Shown one piece after another: positions 1 to 9,824 of a stretch of 43,115 nt of DNA. The translations under genes were made by a program, and so were the position numbers. Position 1 is the first letter of the stretch. Every line of letters begins with the position of its first letter. Below the pieces are notes generated by a model. The model did no database searches. It saw nothing but the letters and a program-made list of their open reading frames with translations, and was not told the DNA's origin. Source of the stretch: Fidelibacterota bacterium (GTDB taxonomy: Bacteria > Fidelibacterota > Marinisomatia > Marinisomatales > UBA2128); assembly GCA_046861645.1 (NCBI GenBank), contig JBHHUM010000012.1:1-43115 (forward strand), in the 5' to 3' direction.

Positions 1-12
1 AAATATTCAACA

Positions 13-309
13 CCTGTCCCGTACAGTCACATGCTCCTTACCTTGATACACTCCCTGATACAGTCACTCCGTTCCCTACGGGGCCGGCGTTCCTCAATTA
101 TCGGGCAAGCAGGGCAGGTAGCGTTGGCGATCTATTATGATTGCCTGCCTGTCGGCAGATAGGGAGGTTATAGACATTTGACGCCTGACGGAGTCTATCA
201 ATATGAATAGAAAACCCGTAGGCTTACAGTCCCGTACTTCATGTCGGGAGATTGTATGTCTATAAAGGCACTGAACACGGTAAACACGAACTCTGTTGGA
301 GTTCAACAG
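13..309. repeat. Mosaic of short, partly nested palindromic (REP-like) elements
   Basis: TTATAGACAT (168-177) / ATGTCTATAA (256-265) perfect inverted repeat; CCTGCCTGTCGGCAGATAGG near-palindrome (144-163); TCCCG..CGGGA hairpin (230-249); CTGTTG..CAACAG hairpin (293-309); TACAGTCAC duplicated at 22-30 and 59-67; no credible ORF. Confidence 0.6.
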
Positions 310-393
310 GGTGGTGTAAACAACATGTAAATCAGTTTATCTTAGAACATAGCCTTTTTGAATAACTAAACTCAAATCACCACCAAAAAATGA

Positions 394-726
394 ATGAGGA
401 ATAACAAAGTGATAAACAAAGCAGAAGGTTTTGATTTAAAGGAAATGATTGAATACCAGGAAGATGCTGTTGTCAGTAAGATACTTATTAAGAAAGAAAC
501 TGGTAACATCACTCTTTTTGCTTTTGATAAGGGGCAGGAACTTAGTGAACATACCGCTCCGTTTGATGCTCTGGTTCAGCTTCTGGAGGGTAGGGCAGCA
601 ATAACCATTTCAGGTAATATTAATCAGGTAAAAGAGGGCGAAGCCATTGTTCTTCCTGCTAACAAACCCCATGCACTCTCTGCACCGGTACCCTTCAAAA
701 TGATGCTGGTGATGATCCGGGATTAG
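394..726 (+). CDS. Cupin domain protein
   Basis: 110 aa; LFAFDKGQELSEHTAPFDA and PANKPHAL cupin motifs. Confidence 0.9.
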   Translation: MRNNKVINKAEGFDLKEMIEYQEDAVVSKILIKKETGNITLFAFDKGQELSEHTAPFDALVQLLEGRAAITISGNINQVKEGEAIVLPANKPHALSAPVPFKMMLVMIRD

Positions 727-871
727 ACGTTTAGAGATTTTAATCATTCTCTTCCCCTCCTTCTACTTCATCATCCCTCACGGCTTGGTGAGCTTTTTCT
801 TTCATTTTTTTAAGTTTGTGTTGAAACTTCCCACCTCCAATTTGGTAAATAAGAATCACTTAGTGAATTAA

Positions 872-2281
872 TTGATGGATATAAGTAGTAATAGAGAATC
901 CCGGCTGGAGGAATTTAAAGCCAATCCCAAGCGGGCGGTCTGGACACTGGCACTCCCCATGATGGTAGGCTTGGCCATTCAGACCGCTTATATGGTTATT
1001 GATATGATCTTTGTTGGACGTGTAGGGGAGGTAGCCCTGGCAGCTGTACAGTTTGCAGGTCCCCTTATGTTCTTTGGGTTAGGGATTGTATTTGGATTGG
1101 GTACGGGCATAACGGCAGTTATCGCTAATTTTATTGGAGCTGAAGATAAAAGAGGTGCTGATAACAGTGCTGAGCACGGCGTGGCCCTGGGACTAATTTT
1201 AGGGTTTGTTGTTACTGTTGCTGGATTTATATGGGGTAAAGATCTTCTTCTTCTAGCAGGAGCGTCAGATAATACTATTGGTCCAGCGTGGGATTATTTC
1301 AGTATCATTATTGTTGGTTACATGTTTATGGTACTGTCCGTCTTCTTCCGCTCCATCCTGACCGGCGAAGGTAATGTGCGTACACCCGTCATGATTCAAA
1401 TCCTGGGAACAGTGCTGAATATTATCTTAGATCCAATCTTCATGTTTGGACTGAATATGGGTGTAAAAGGAGCTGCTGTAGCTACTGTTGTGAGTCAGAC
1501 GGTCGTTTGTTTTATTTTTATCTTTATGCTCTTTGTGCGGGATAACGCCTATGTCACTTTTGCCATGAAGGATTTTTCATTTTCCAGCACGATCTTAAGG
1601 AAAATATTCATTATCGGTATTCCAGCATCATTTTCCATGGTGCTCATGTCCAGCGGCAACTTCGTTTTTAATAGAATTATTTCGGGGATGTTTACTAATA
1701 TTCCCGAGATGGGCGATCTTGCTGTAGCGGCGTATGGCATAGGTAGTCGTGTAGATCATATTTTTCTCATGCCATCCATCGCGATTGCTACTGGTCTGGT
1801 AACGGTAGTAGGAATGTTTCACGGTGCCCAACGAATGGATCTTGTTCGCCAGGTTATCTATTACGGCATGAGTAGAGCGGCATTAATAGGTGTAATTCTG
1901 GGTGCTATTTTTTATCTCTACGCCAACACTATAATATCGGTCTTTACAAGTGATATGGCAGTAATCAGCTTCGGTGTAGGTTATGTACATATCCTGGTCT
2001 TTGCCTATCCCTTTATCGCCATTAGCATGGCCAGTGGACGTATCCTGCAAGGACTTGGGTTCGGTATGCCGATGCTGGTAATTACATTTTTAAGGGTTTT
2101 TCTGATCAGTGTTTTACTGGCAATTATTTTTATCTATTGGTGGAGTAAGCCCCTGGAATGGATCTGGGTTGCCATGCTGATCTCCATGATCTGTTCTGCG
2201 GCTGTGGCCAGTATTTGGTTACGATGGGGCTTAAGCCGGGTAGAGAAGCACGTTCATAAAGTTGCACCCTCTCCGGCATGA
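872..2281 (+). CDS. MATE family efflux transporter
   Basis: ~12 TM helices; DMIFVG, G(N)xxTP, NIILDPIFMFGLNMGVKGAAVAT motifs. Confidence 0.93.
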   Translation: MMDISSNRESRLEEFKANPKRAVWTLALPMMVGLAIQTAYMVIDMIFVGRVGEVALAAVQFAGPLMFFGLGIVFGLGTGITAVIANFIGAEDKRGADNSAEHGVALGLILGFVVTVAGFIWGKDLLLLAGASDNTIGPAWDYFSIIIVGYMFMVLSVFFRSILTGEGNVRTPVMIQILGTVLNIILDPIFMFGLNMGVKGAAVATVVSQTVVCFIFIFMLFVRDNAYVTFAMKDFSFSSTILRKIFIIGIPASFSMVLMSSGNFVFNRIISGMFTNIPEMGDLAVAAYGIGSRVDHIFLMPSIAIATGLVTVVGMFHGAQRMDLVRQVIYYGMSRAALIGVILGAIFYLYANTIISVFTSDMAVISFGVGYVHILVFAYPFIAISMASGRILQGLGFGMPMLVITFLRVFLISVLLAIIFIYWWSKPLEWIWVAMLISMICSAAVASIWLRWGLSRVEKHVHKVAPSPA

Positions 2282-2745
2282 GCGATAGCAAAAGCCTGCA
2301 GCTGACTTATGCACCAAAAAGTATCTGCTTTGGATGTGGTCCGGCCAATAAAGATGGCTTACAGATCAATAGTTTTGTGGATGAGGAAGAGGTTGTGGCG
2401 ACGTGGTCTGCAAAAAAGTACCACGAAGCGTTTCCCGGAGTACTGAATGGTGGAATTATTGGTACGCTTTTGGATTGTCACTGTAACTGGACCGCTGCTT
2501 ACTACTTAATGCAAGCGTCTGAGGAAAATCAGATTCCATCCACGGTTACAGCGGACTACAGCGTACGGCTGTTGCGGCCGACACCTTCTACTGAACCGGT
2601 ACATCTCCGAGCTTGGCTGGTGGAAATAAAGGGGAGTCGTGCTGTGGTTGAAGGCGATCTTACTTCCGGTGAGAAAGTATGCGCTACCTGTCGGGGTACT
2701 TTTGTTGCCGTGGAGCCAGAGCATCCAGCCTACTTTCGGTGGTAA
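2278..2745 (+). CDS. PaaI family (hotdog-fold) thioesterase
   Basis: CFGCGPAN N-terminus, NGGIIGTLLD motif; ATGA overlap with MATE stop. Confidence 0.88.
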   Translation: MSDSKSLQLTYAPKSICFGCGPANKDGLQINSFVDEEEVVATWSAKKYHEAFPGVLNGGIIGTLLDCHCNWTAAYYLMQASEENQIPSTVTADYSVRLLRPTPSTEPVHLRAWLVEIKGSRAVVEGDLTSGEKVCATCRGTFVAVEPEHPAYFRW

Positions 2746-2780
2746 TATCCGCTAACATCTTATCTTTTTCAAAATGAGAG

Positions 2781-3344
2781 GTGACACTAATGAAGGTAGG
2801 AGTTAATGATTTTGTTCTACGCCAGGTAGCTGGTTCAGGGAAGACCTATACGCTGAAGCTATCATTCGAAGAGATTGCTCGTCATGCAGAAGAACAAATG
2901 GCGGCAGGACATTTTCGAGAAGGTTACCGTGATGGCGTAATAATTGTAGCTGTAGATCAATCCCTGGTGGAAAGTTTTGTCTGTCCATTTGTACGTATTG
3001 ATGTGAATACTGAACTTAAAGCTACCGTGGTTTGCCGCAGGGAGGGTGAAGAACCTTACATTAGGTTAAGAGCCCTTTCCGGGGAATCATTGCCAACCGG
3101 TAAAGTGGAATTAATACTCTACCGCCAGGATGTTCTGGCTGAGAACAATGAACAGTCTACAAATGCAGAATGGGAGCTGATCAGCATGCATGCCCTACCA
3201 GAAGGGGTCGATGAATTACCAATGGGACCGGTAACCATGATGCGCAATCAATTGCGGTTGCCGGGGGGCACTAAAGCGAGCTATTCCTCGGACAAGTGGG
3301 CAGAGGCAGTACACTTCTGGCAGAAATATGCAGCGCTTGAGTAA
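2781..3344 (+). CDS. DUF3228-like conserved protein
   Basis: GYRDG, ILYRQDVL, WELIS, PMGPVTMMRN, GGTK..W motifs recalled for this family; start may be ATG 2790. Confidence 0.65.
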   Translation: MTLMKVGVNDFVLRQVAGSGKTYTLKLSFEEIARHAEEQMAAGHFREGYRDGVIIVAVDQSLVESFVCPFVRIDVNTELKATVVCRREGEEPYIRLRALSGESLPTGKVELILYRQDVLAENNEQSTNAEWELISMHALPEGVDELPMGPVTMMRNQLRLPGGTKASYSSDKWAEAVHFWQKYAALE

Positions 3345-3356
3345 CTGTTTTGCTTA

Positions 3357-4889
3357 TTATTCTGACCGGATTGGGAGGGTAGTAGTAACTCCGGTTTTTG
3401 TATCAATCACCCGGATCAGGTGATTGTTTGTGTCTGCTACATACAATTTTCCTTCCGCGAAGGAAAGTCCACCTGGTTCATCGAAGGTAGCTTCAATACC
3501 ATCCGCTGATCCTTCTTCACCTTTACCAGCAAAAGTATCCGCTGACTTAAGCGTAGGATGGATTACTTTTATTTTGTTATTGTAAGTATCAGCTACAAAT
3601 AGGCGTCCATCAGCCCAGGTTACTCCCAGCGGGTGTTGTAAGCGAACATCTTTCCCATTACCATCTACATCGCCAAACTCAAATAGTCCCCGGCCCACGA
3701 TAGTTTCAACATCTCCCGTATCCAAATTAATCTGTCTGATGCCACTTACTTCACTATCGGCCACGTAAAGAAACTTTCCATCAGTAGCCAGTCCGGAGGG
3801 TTGTGCCAAGGCAGCAGTTTGAGCAGATCCATCAGTAATATTCTCATGACCACTGCCAGCAAAAGGTTGAGTGAAGAGTGTTTGGGGATTAACAGTCCAG
3901 ATCTGGTGGAAACCGGCCATAGCCACATACAAGAGTCCTTTGTAATACAGTATATCCCAAGGGGAGTTAAGAGCTACCTGAGTCCCTTTACCGGAATTAT
4001 TAAACCGACGTGCCTGTTTTCCCGTACCTGCTAAAGTGGAGACCTGCTTATTCGTAAGATTAATTTGACGAATCAGGTGGTTTTCGGTATCGGCGACAAA
4101 AAGATAATTCCCTTGACGAGCTAACCCTTGAGGGTGGTGAAATTGTGCCTTTTGATAAGATCCATCTCGTTTGCCCTGCTCCCCATTACCTATACTTTCA
4201 AGAATATGTCCTGTGGATCGTTCCACGATGAGAATGCGATTATGATTTGAGTCGGAAATGTAGAGTCGATCTGTAAATGGATCGGCAAGTACCTTGCCTG
4301 GAAAGGAGAGCATACCTTCAGCAACTGGTTCATCTTTAAACTGTATTACTCCCTCACGGAGTTTCCCTAATTTTTTGTATTCAGCTACTTTTTCTTTCAA
4401 GAGAGGGTTCAGCGCTTCCCATACTCCTTCACCAGAACGGACACCAAGGATATCTCCTTCGGGATCGATGAGTGCTACCGTAGGCCAGGCCCGTACACCG
4501 TATCGCTTCCAGAGAGTATATTGATGATCATTAACAACGGGATGTTCAATCTCGTAACGGAGAATTGCTTGTCGGATGTTATCTGTTTCCCGTTCTCCAG
4601 GGAACTTGGGAGTATGAATACCAATTACTACCAGTTCTTCAGGATAAGTTTGTTCCAACTTTTTCAAATCGGGCAAAATATGCATACAGTTGATACAGCA
4701 GTAAGTCCAGAAGTCCAATAATACAAACTTTCCCCTGAATTCTTCCATGGTATAGGCACGATCACTGTTGAGCCAATGAGCATAATCTGGGAATTCCGGT
4801 GCTGGGGAGGTTGTCATAGAGGGCTGTCCATTCAATATGAAGACGAAAGATAGTATCAGGAAGAGGGAAAGAGCAAAGTTTCGTTGCAT
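3357..4889 (-). CDS. Secreted thioredoxin-like + NHL-repeat beta-propeller protein (NHLRC2-like)
   Basis: Signal peptide; DFWTYCCINC thioredoxin motif; repeated LY(I/V)AD(S/T)xNHxI NHL blades. Confidence 0.9.
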   Translation of the reverse strand: MQRNFALSLFLILSFVFILNGQPSMTTSPAPEFPDYAHWLNSDRAYTMEEFRGKFVLLDFWTYCCINCMHILPDLKKLEQTYPEELVVIGIHTPKFPGERETDNIRQAILRYEIEHPVVNDHQYTLWKRYGVRAWPTVALIDPEGDILGVRSGEGVWEALNPLLKEKVAEYKKLGKLREGVIQFKDEPVAEGMLSFPGKVLADPFTDRLYISDSNHNRILIVERSTGHILESIGNGEQGKRDGSYQKAQFHHPQGLARQGNYLFVADTENHLIRQINLTNKQVSTLAGTGKQARRFNNSGKGTQVALNSPWDILYYKGLLYVAMAGFHQIWTVNPQTLFTQPFAGSGHENITDGSAQTAALAQPSGLATDGKFLYVADSEVSGIRQINLDTGDVETIVGRGLFEFGDVDGNGKDVRLQHPLGVTWADGRLFVADTYNNKIKVIHPTLKSADTFAGKGEEGSADGIEATFDEPGGLSFAEGKLYVADTNNHLIRVIDTKTGVTTTLPIRSE

Positions 4890-4919
4890 GCGGTGTAGTT
4901 ATTTCGAGGGAGTCAGAGA

Positions 4920-5684
4920 CTACTCGATGTGTTCGTGTATCATAGGCACAAAGCGGACGGGAATGGTTTCCTGGGTGGTCACCTGCCCGGTACGATCTTT
5001 TTTCACTACCAGCAGATCCTGCCCGAAGAATGGTTCCCCAACCGGGAGTACCATCCGCCCTCCCGGTTTGAGTTGCTCAACTAGCTTTTGGGGGATTTGT
5101 TCTGGAGCTGCCGTTACAATGATACGATCAAAGGGGGCATGTTCCTCCCATCCGTGGTATCCATCGCCGATTCGGACTGTAACATTATCATACCCTAAAC
5201 GTTCCAGTCGCTTAGCAGCTTCCTCACCCAACTGTGGGATTATTTCGATGGAATAGACATGATGTACCAGCTTGGAGAGAATTGCTGCCTGATAACCTGA
5301 GCCAGTACCTACTTCCAGAACAGTGTGGTGACTATCTACCTGCATTATTTCGGTCATATAAGCTACAATATAAGGTTGACTGATGGTCTGGCCATTGCCG
5401 ATGGGCAAAGGCCCATCTGAATAAGCCAAGTTCCGCAGGGATTCTTTAACGAACAAATGGCGGGGGACATCCTCCATCGCTTTGATAACTCTTTCGTCGC
5501 TGACTCCTCGATCTATAATTTGATCCTCTATCATAGCTCTCCGCAGGAGTTGGAAGAATTGTGTGTCATCTTGGATAGGTAGGTCTGTAGCATTTATAGT
5601 TAATGCTGACAGAATGATCAATTGCATTAAGATAGAAATATACTTCCACGTCAATTTACTGCCTCTCTCCCAAAGGTAGGACAT
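4920..5684 (-). CDS. pcm: Protein-L-isoaspartate O-methyltransferase with hydrophobic N-terminal extension
   Basis: VPRHLFV, GQTISQP, VLEVGTGSGYQAA, APFDRIIVTAA, LKPGGRMVLPVG, VRFVPM. Confidence 0.95.
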   Translation of the reverse strand: MSYLWERGSKLTWKYISILMQLIILSALTINATDLPIQDDTQFFQLLRRAMIEDQIIDRGVSDERVIKAMEDVPRHLFVKESLRNLAYSDGPLPIGNGQTISQPYIVAYMTEIMQVDSHHTVLEVGTGSGYQAAILSKLVHHVYSIEIIPQLGEEAAKRLERLGYDNVTVRIGDGYHGWEEHAPFDRIIVTAAPEQIPQKLVEQLKPGGRMVLPVGEPFFGQDLLVVKKDRTGQVTTQETIPVRFVPMIHEHIE

Positions 5685-5761
5685 AAAACGTATTTAATCA
5701 AGGGTTGACGAAAAAATCTTTATTGGAAAAATCCTCTGGTTCAGTGAGATTTCCAGTTACC

Positions 5762-6775
5762 ATGACCCGAAAAATGAGATATCCCACCACCCTTTTACTG
5801 ACACTAGTATTAGTTGGCTGTAAGGAAATTGTTGAGGTGCCTGTCCAGATTCTCCCTCTGGGAGGGCCTTTATCTAATCGTGAGAGTGAAGTCTCTGGTC
5901 TAGCCTGGGAGGGTGACCGACTGATTTTAATGCCCGAGAACCCGGAACAATTCCAACAGGGTGAATACGGAAGCCTCTTCTACCTTACCCGGACTGAAAT
6001 TGAACAGGCAGTGGATGGAGAAAGTAATCAGGTTCTATTTCCGAAAACCATTCCCTTTGACGATAGTGGAGTACCGCAATTGATTCCCGGTTATGAAGGA
6101 TTTGAGGCCATTGCTTTCCAAAGTGACGAAGTATTTATGACCGTAGAAGGGAGGAGCGTAGAGGGAATGATGGGTTACCTTGTAAAGGGATCTGTGGAAC
6201 CAGTAACAGGGATTATTCGTCTTGATCGTACCAGTCTTAGAGAGGTTACACCTCAAACGGAAGTGAGCAATATGTCTTACGAATCGTTAACTCTGGTCTG
6301 GCACCGGCTGTTCTTGTTTCATGAAATCAACGGTGAGGAACTTAATCCGAGTCCTCAGGCCTTGGTCTTTGATCTTGATCTGACGAAGATGAACAGGTTT
6401 TCGCTGCCACATCTGGAATATCGTCTGACAGGTGCAACCGATGCTGACAAGGAGGGATGCTTCTGGGTAATAAATTATTTTTGGCCAGGAGATACAGATA
6501 TATTCCCCCAAGTTGACCCCTTAGCCGAACGTTTTGGAGAAGGTATGAGTCATCTGGAGAATGTGGCTGTAGAACGGTTGGTTGAGTTTCAAGTTAAAGG
6601 AGATAAATTAAGAAAGACTATCCGGCCACCAATCTACTTGAAGCTGATTGAGGACGGGGATTCCCGGAATTGGGAAGGTATTGCCAGACTTGATGAAAGG
6701 GGGTTTCTGGTGGTTACAGATAAATATCCTGAAACGATCCTGGCTTTTGTCTCTTATCCTGAGGAAGTGCGATGA
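5762..6775 (+). CDS. Putative lipoprotein, beta-propeller (phytase/esterase-like) fold
   Basis: Lipobox LVGC after hydrophobic stretch; EVSGLAW, FEAIAF, YESLT, WEGIA blade-like motifs; start placed at ATG 5762 (or 5777) rather than TTG 5705. Confidence 0.6.
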   Translation: MTRKMRYPTTLLLTLVLVGCKEIVEVPVQILPLGGPLSNRESEVSGLAWEGDRLILMPENPEQFQQGEYGSLFYLTRTEIEQAVDGESNQVLFPKTIPFDDSGVPQLIPGYEGFEAIAFQSDEVFMTVEGRSVEGMMGYLVKGSVEPVTGIIRLDRTSLREVTPQTEVSNMSYESLTLVWHRLFLFHEINGEELNPSPQALVFDLDLTKMNRFSLPHLEYRLTGATDADKEGCFWVINYFWPGDTDIFPQVDPLAERFGEGMSHLENVAVERLVEFQVKGDKLRKTIRPPIYLKLIEDGDSRNWEGIARLDERGFLVVTDKYPETILAFVSYPEEVR

Positions 6776-8025
6776 ATCCTAGAGCTAATATTCAAAATAT
6801 TATTATCTTGATGATAGTTTTAAGTACTTGGATTTTTACTCAAGATAAATCGTATGTTGTGATGGTTTCGTTTGATGGCTTTCGGTATGATTACACCGAT
6901 TATGCGGTAACTCCTAACTTCGATAGGGTGGCTGAGGAGGGAGTCAAAGCAACCTCGCTACGCCCTATTTTCCCATCCAAAACCTTTCCTAACCATTATG
7001 CCATAGCGACTGGCATGTATGCTGAAAAGCATGGAATTATTGCTAACAGATTTCGGGATCCGGAGTGGAATGAGATCTATTCTCTAGGTGATCGCTCTGC
7101 AGTACAGAATGCCAAGTGGTATGATGGGGAACCGATATGGGTGACGGCAGAGAAACAGGGGGTTAAAACTGCATCTTATTTCTGGGTTGGTTCGGAAGCA
7201 GATATTGGTGGTAGGCGTCCCAGTTACTATTACTACTATGATCAGGATGTTCCTTTCAGTGAGCGAGTCAAACAGATGGTAACTTGGTTGGAGATGCCCC
7301 CTCCAGAACGACCACACCTGATTCTCCTTTACTTCCACGAGCCGGACTGGACCGGTCACACTTATGGCCCTGAAACCAGGGAGGTGCAACAAGCAGTGCA
7401 ACGGGCTGATTCTGTACTGGGTATGATCTTGACAGCACTCGATACCTTGGAGGTAGGGCAAGATGTCAATCTTATCGTCTGTTCTGATCATGGCATGACC
7501 CAGGTTAATTCACAACGGCTGATCTATCTTGAAGACTATATTGATACTACAGACATCCAGTTGTCGGGTCGGGGACCTTTTGCTTTCATAGAAGGGGTGG
7601 CTGGGGGATCTGACTTGGTAACCATTGCCGACCGGCTTCGGGATGTCCATTTGCATCTACGAGTTTTTTTAAAAGATGAATTTCCAGCCCGGTGGCACTA
7701 TCAAGATAACCGTAGAATTCCAGACTTACTGCTTTTGGCTGACGAAGGATGGTATATTGTTTTGAGCCATGACGAAGCAACCCAGCTATGGATGCTGAAG
7801 AATAATCCCGAGGCTACATGGGGTACACACGGCTACGATAATAGGGTAAAAAACATGCATGCAATTTTCTATGCCACCGGTACAAGTTTCAAGAAGGGAT
7901 ATAAAATAAAAACCATTGGTAACATTCATATCTATCCCCTCATAACTGCGATCCTGGATATTAATCCCTATCCGGAGATAGATGGAAATCTTGATTCGGT
8001 ACGGGTTATGTTACGTGGCAACTGA
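6772..8025 (+). CDS. Ectonucleotide pyrophosphatase/phosphodiesterase (alkaline phosphatase superfamily), secreted
   Basis: SFDGFRYDY, PSKTFPNHYAIATG, EPDWTGH, SDHGM, HGYDN motifs. Confidence 0.93.
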   Translation: MNPRANIQNIIILMIVLSTWIFTQDKSYVVMVSFDGFRYDYTDYAVTPNFDRVAEEGVKATSLRPIFPSKTFPNHYAIATGMYAEKHGIIANRFRDPEWNEIYSLGDRSAVQNAKWYDGEPIWVTAEKQGVKTASYFWVGSEADIGGRRPSYYYYYDQDVPFSERVKQMVTWLEMPPPERPHLILLYFHEPDWTGHTYGPETREVQQAVQRADSVLGMILTALDTLEVGQDVNLIVCSDHGMTQVNSQRLIYLEDYIDTTDIQLSGRGPFAFIEGVAGGSDLVTIADRLRDVHLHLRVFLKDEFPARWHYQDNRRIPDLLLLADEGWYIVLSHDEATQLWMLKNNPEATWGTHGYDNRVKNMHAIFYATGTSFKKGYKIKTIGNIHIYPLITAILDINPYPEIDGNLDSVRVMLRGN

Positions 8026-8170
8026 AGCGTTCCTCTTGAACAACATTTGAAATCAAGACTTAATAGTCCTAAATTTACCGCTGCTTTAAGGAATGTGAAT
8101 CTTTCGGTTGAATCTTTCTATTATGTTAATCATTCATATTTTGCATTGAACAGGAGAAAAGGAAATAGAA

Positions 8171-9406
8171 ATGTCTAAAGATAATCAGATAGTCGCGATT
8201 GTAGGTGGGGCTGTAGCGGGGTCGGAGGCTGTTTATCAGTTGACCACCAGGGGAATTCATTGTGTTGTTATTGAGCAGAATGATCTTCCCTATGGGAAAA
8301 TTGAGGATGGCCTGCCCAAATGGCACGAGAAGCAACGCAAAAAAGAGATGGAACTTATTAATAGTCGCATGGATCAGGATTTAGTGGACTTTGTTCCCAA
8401 TATAAAAATCGGCAGGGATTTGTCCATGGATGAACTGGTGAATCTGGGTTGCAGTGCAGTCCTGATGGCCAATGGCGCCTGGAAAGATAGAGGGTTTCCA
8501 GTGAAAGAGATTGAGAAATTCGAAGGTAAAGGGTTTTATTATCAAAATCCCTTCGTTTATTGGTATAATCACCATGAACAGCCCTCCTACAAAGGTGAAC
8601 AAATAGACGTAAAAGATAACTCAGTAGTGGTTGGAGGTGGCCTGGCTTCAATTGATGTGGTAAAGATTCTACAGGTGGAACTTGTATCTCAAGCTCTTAA
8701 AGATAAAGGGTTCGATATCAGTACTATCGAATTAGAGCACAAAGGTATTCCAAAGGTGTTGAGTGAATTGGATCTAACCTGGGATGAACTGGGGCTTCAG
8801 GGGGCTTATCTTCTTTATCGTCGGAATGTACGTAATATGCCCTTAGCTTCCATTCCTGAGGATGCTACTCCAGAGAAGGAGGAGAAGGTACGTCAGACCC
8901 GGGCTAAGATTCTGCAGAATGCCCAGGATAAGTTCTTGTTCCGTTTCAAGGACCAGACACAGCCCATTGATATCCTTGAGGAGGATGGAAAGTTAGTGGG
9001 TTTAAGAATGATCAAGAACGATGTCGTTAATAATAGAGCAGTGCCGAGGGAGGGGACTGAATACGATGTTCGGTGCTCCTTGGTGATAAGTTCTATAGGC
9101 AGCATTCCTGAACCCATTGACGGCATGCCTATGGAATGGAGTACCTATGATATCAAGGATGAAGAAACCGGTGAAATTAATGGTCTCAACAATGTGTTTG
9201 GTGTCGGTAATGCCATTACTGGAAAAGGGAATATTCGCGTTTCCCGCGCCCATGCCAGAGAGGTTGCTACCTATGTGGCGGAGAATCGTCTTCCTGAAAA
9301 TGGGGTTGACGTGGAAGCGGTAAGAGATAAAATTAAGGAGCTCCAGAGAAAGGCTGGCTACGATGGCAACTATTCAGCATGGGTGGTGAGGAATGCCCGG
9401 GAGTAG
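8171..9406 (+). CDS. FAD/NAD(P)-dependent oxidoreductase (adrenodoxin reductase/GltD-like)
   Basis: VAIVGGAVAG FAD-binding motif, VVVGGGLASID second dinucleotide motif, YRR. Confidence 0.75.
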   Translation: MSKDNQIVAIVGGAVAGSEAVYQLTTRGIHCVVIEQNDLPYGKIEDGLPKWHEKQRKKEMELINSRMDQDLVDFVPNIKIGRDLSMDELVNLGCSAVLMANGAWKDRGFPVKEIEKFEGKGFYYQNPFVYWYNHHEQPSYKGEQIDVKDNSVVVGGGLASIDVVKILQVELVSQALKDKGFDISTIELEHKGIPKVLSELDLTWDELGLQGAYLLYRRNVRNMPLASIPEDATPEKEEKVRQTRAKILQNAQDKFLFRFKDQTQPIDILEEDGKLVGLRMIKNDVVNNRAVPREGTEYDVRCSLVISSIGSIPEPIDGMPMEWSTYDIKDEETGEINGLNNVFGVGNAITGKGNIRVSRAHAREVATYVAENRLPENGVDVEAVRDKIKELQRKAGYDGNYSAWVVRNARE

Positions 9407-9536
9407 CGTTTTTCAACTACTGGAAATCTTAGAGGGTTTGCCCTTCCCAATAGACTTTACCAATTGGGTGAAAGAAGTGTTAAATTGATGTGGTATTACA
9501 GGTACATCCTATTATTTTAGGAAGGACAGGTTAGGT

Positions 9537-9815
9537 TTGGCCAGGGTGCGCGGACATATTTCCATCAGGATCGAAAAGTGCAAAGGGTGCGAGCTGTGTG
9601 TAACAGAATGTCCTCAGGATTCATTGGCCATGTCAGGGGATATCAACCTGAAGAGCTATCACTATGCGGTGCTGGTGAAAGATAACTGTACCGGTTGTAC
9701 TAATTGTGCTTTGGTCTGTCCGGAGGCAGTTATTACTGTATATCGGGAAGGTAGAACCAAACCTATCGCCACAGTATCAAACGTACAGGAAGATATTACA
9801 GTAAGTATAGATTAA
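9537..9815 (+). CDS. 2x[4Fe-4S] ferredoxin, delta subunit of 2-oxoacid:ferredoxin oxidoreductase
   Basis: CKGCELCVTECP and CTGCTNCALVCP; first gene of OFOR operon. Confidence 0.92.
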   Translation: MARVRGHISIRIEKCKGCELCVTECPQDSLAMSGDINLKSYHYAVLVKDNCTGCTNCALVCPEAVITVYREGRTKPIATVSNVQEDITVSID

Positions 9816-9824
9816 ATCTTGGGA

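Noticed and set aside
94..306. 70-aa minus-strand ORF, and the many short antisense/overlapping ORFs in the track (e.g. 4837-5256, 30967-31452, 35346-35846)
   Set aside because: They overlie palindromic non-coding DNA or shadow well-supported genes and show no motifs.
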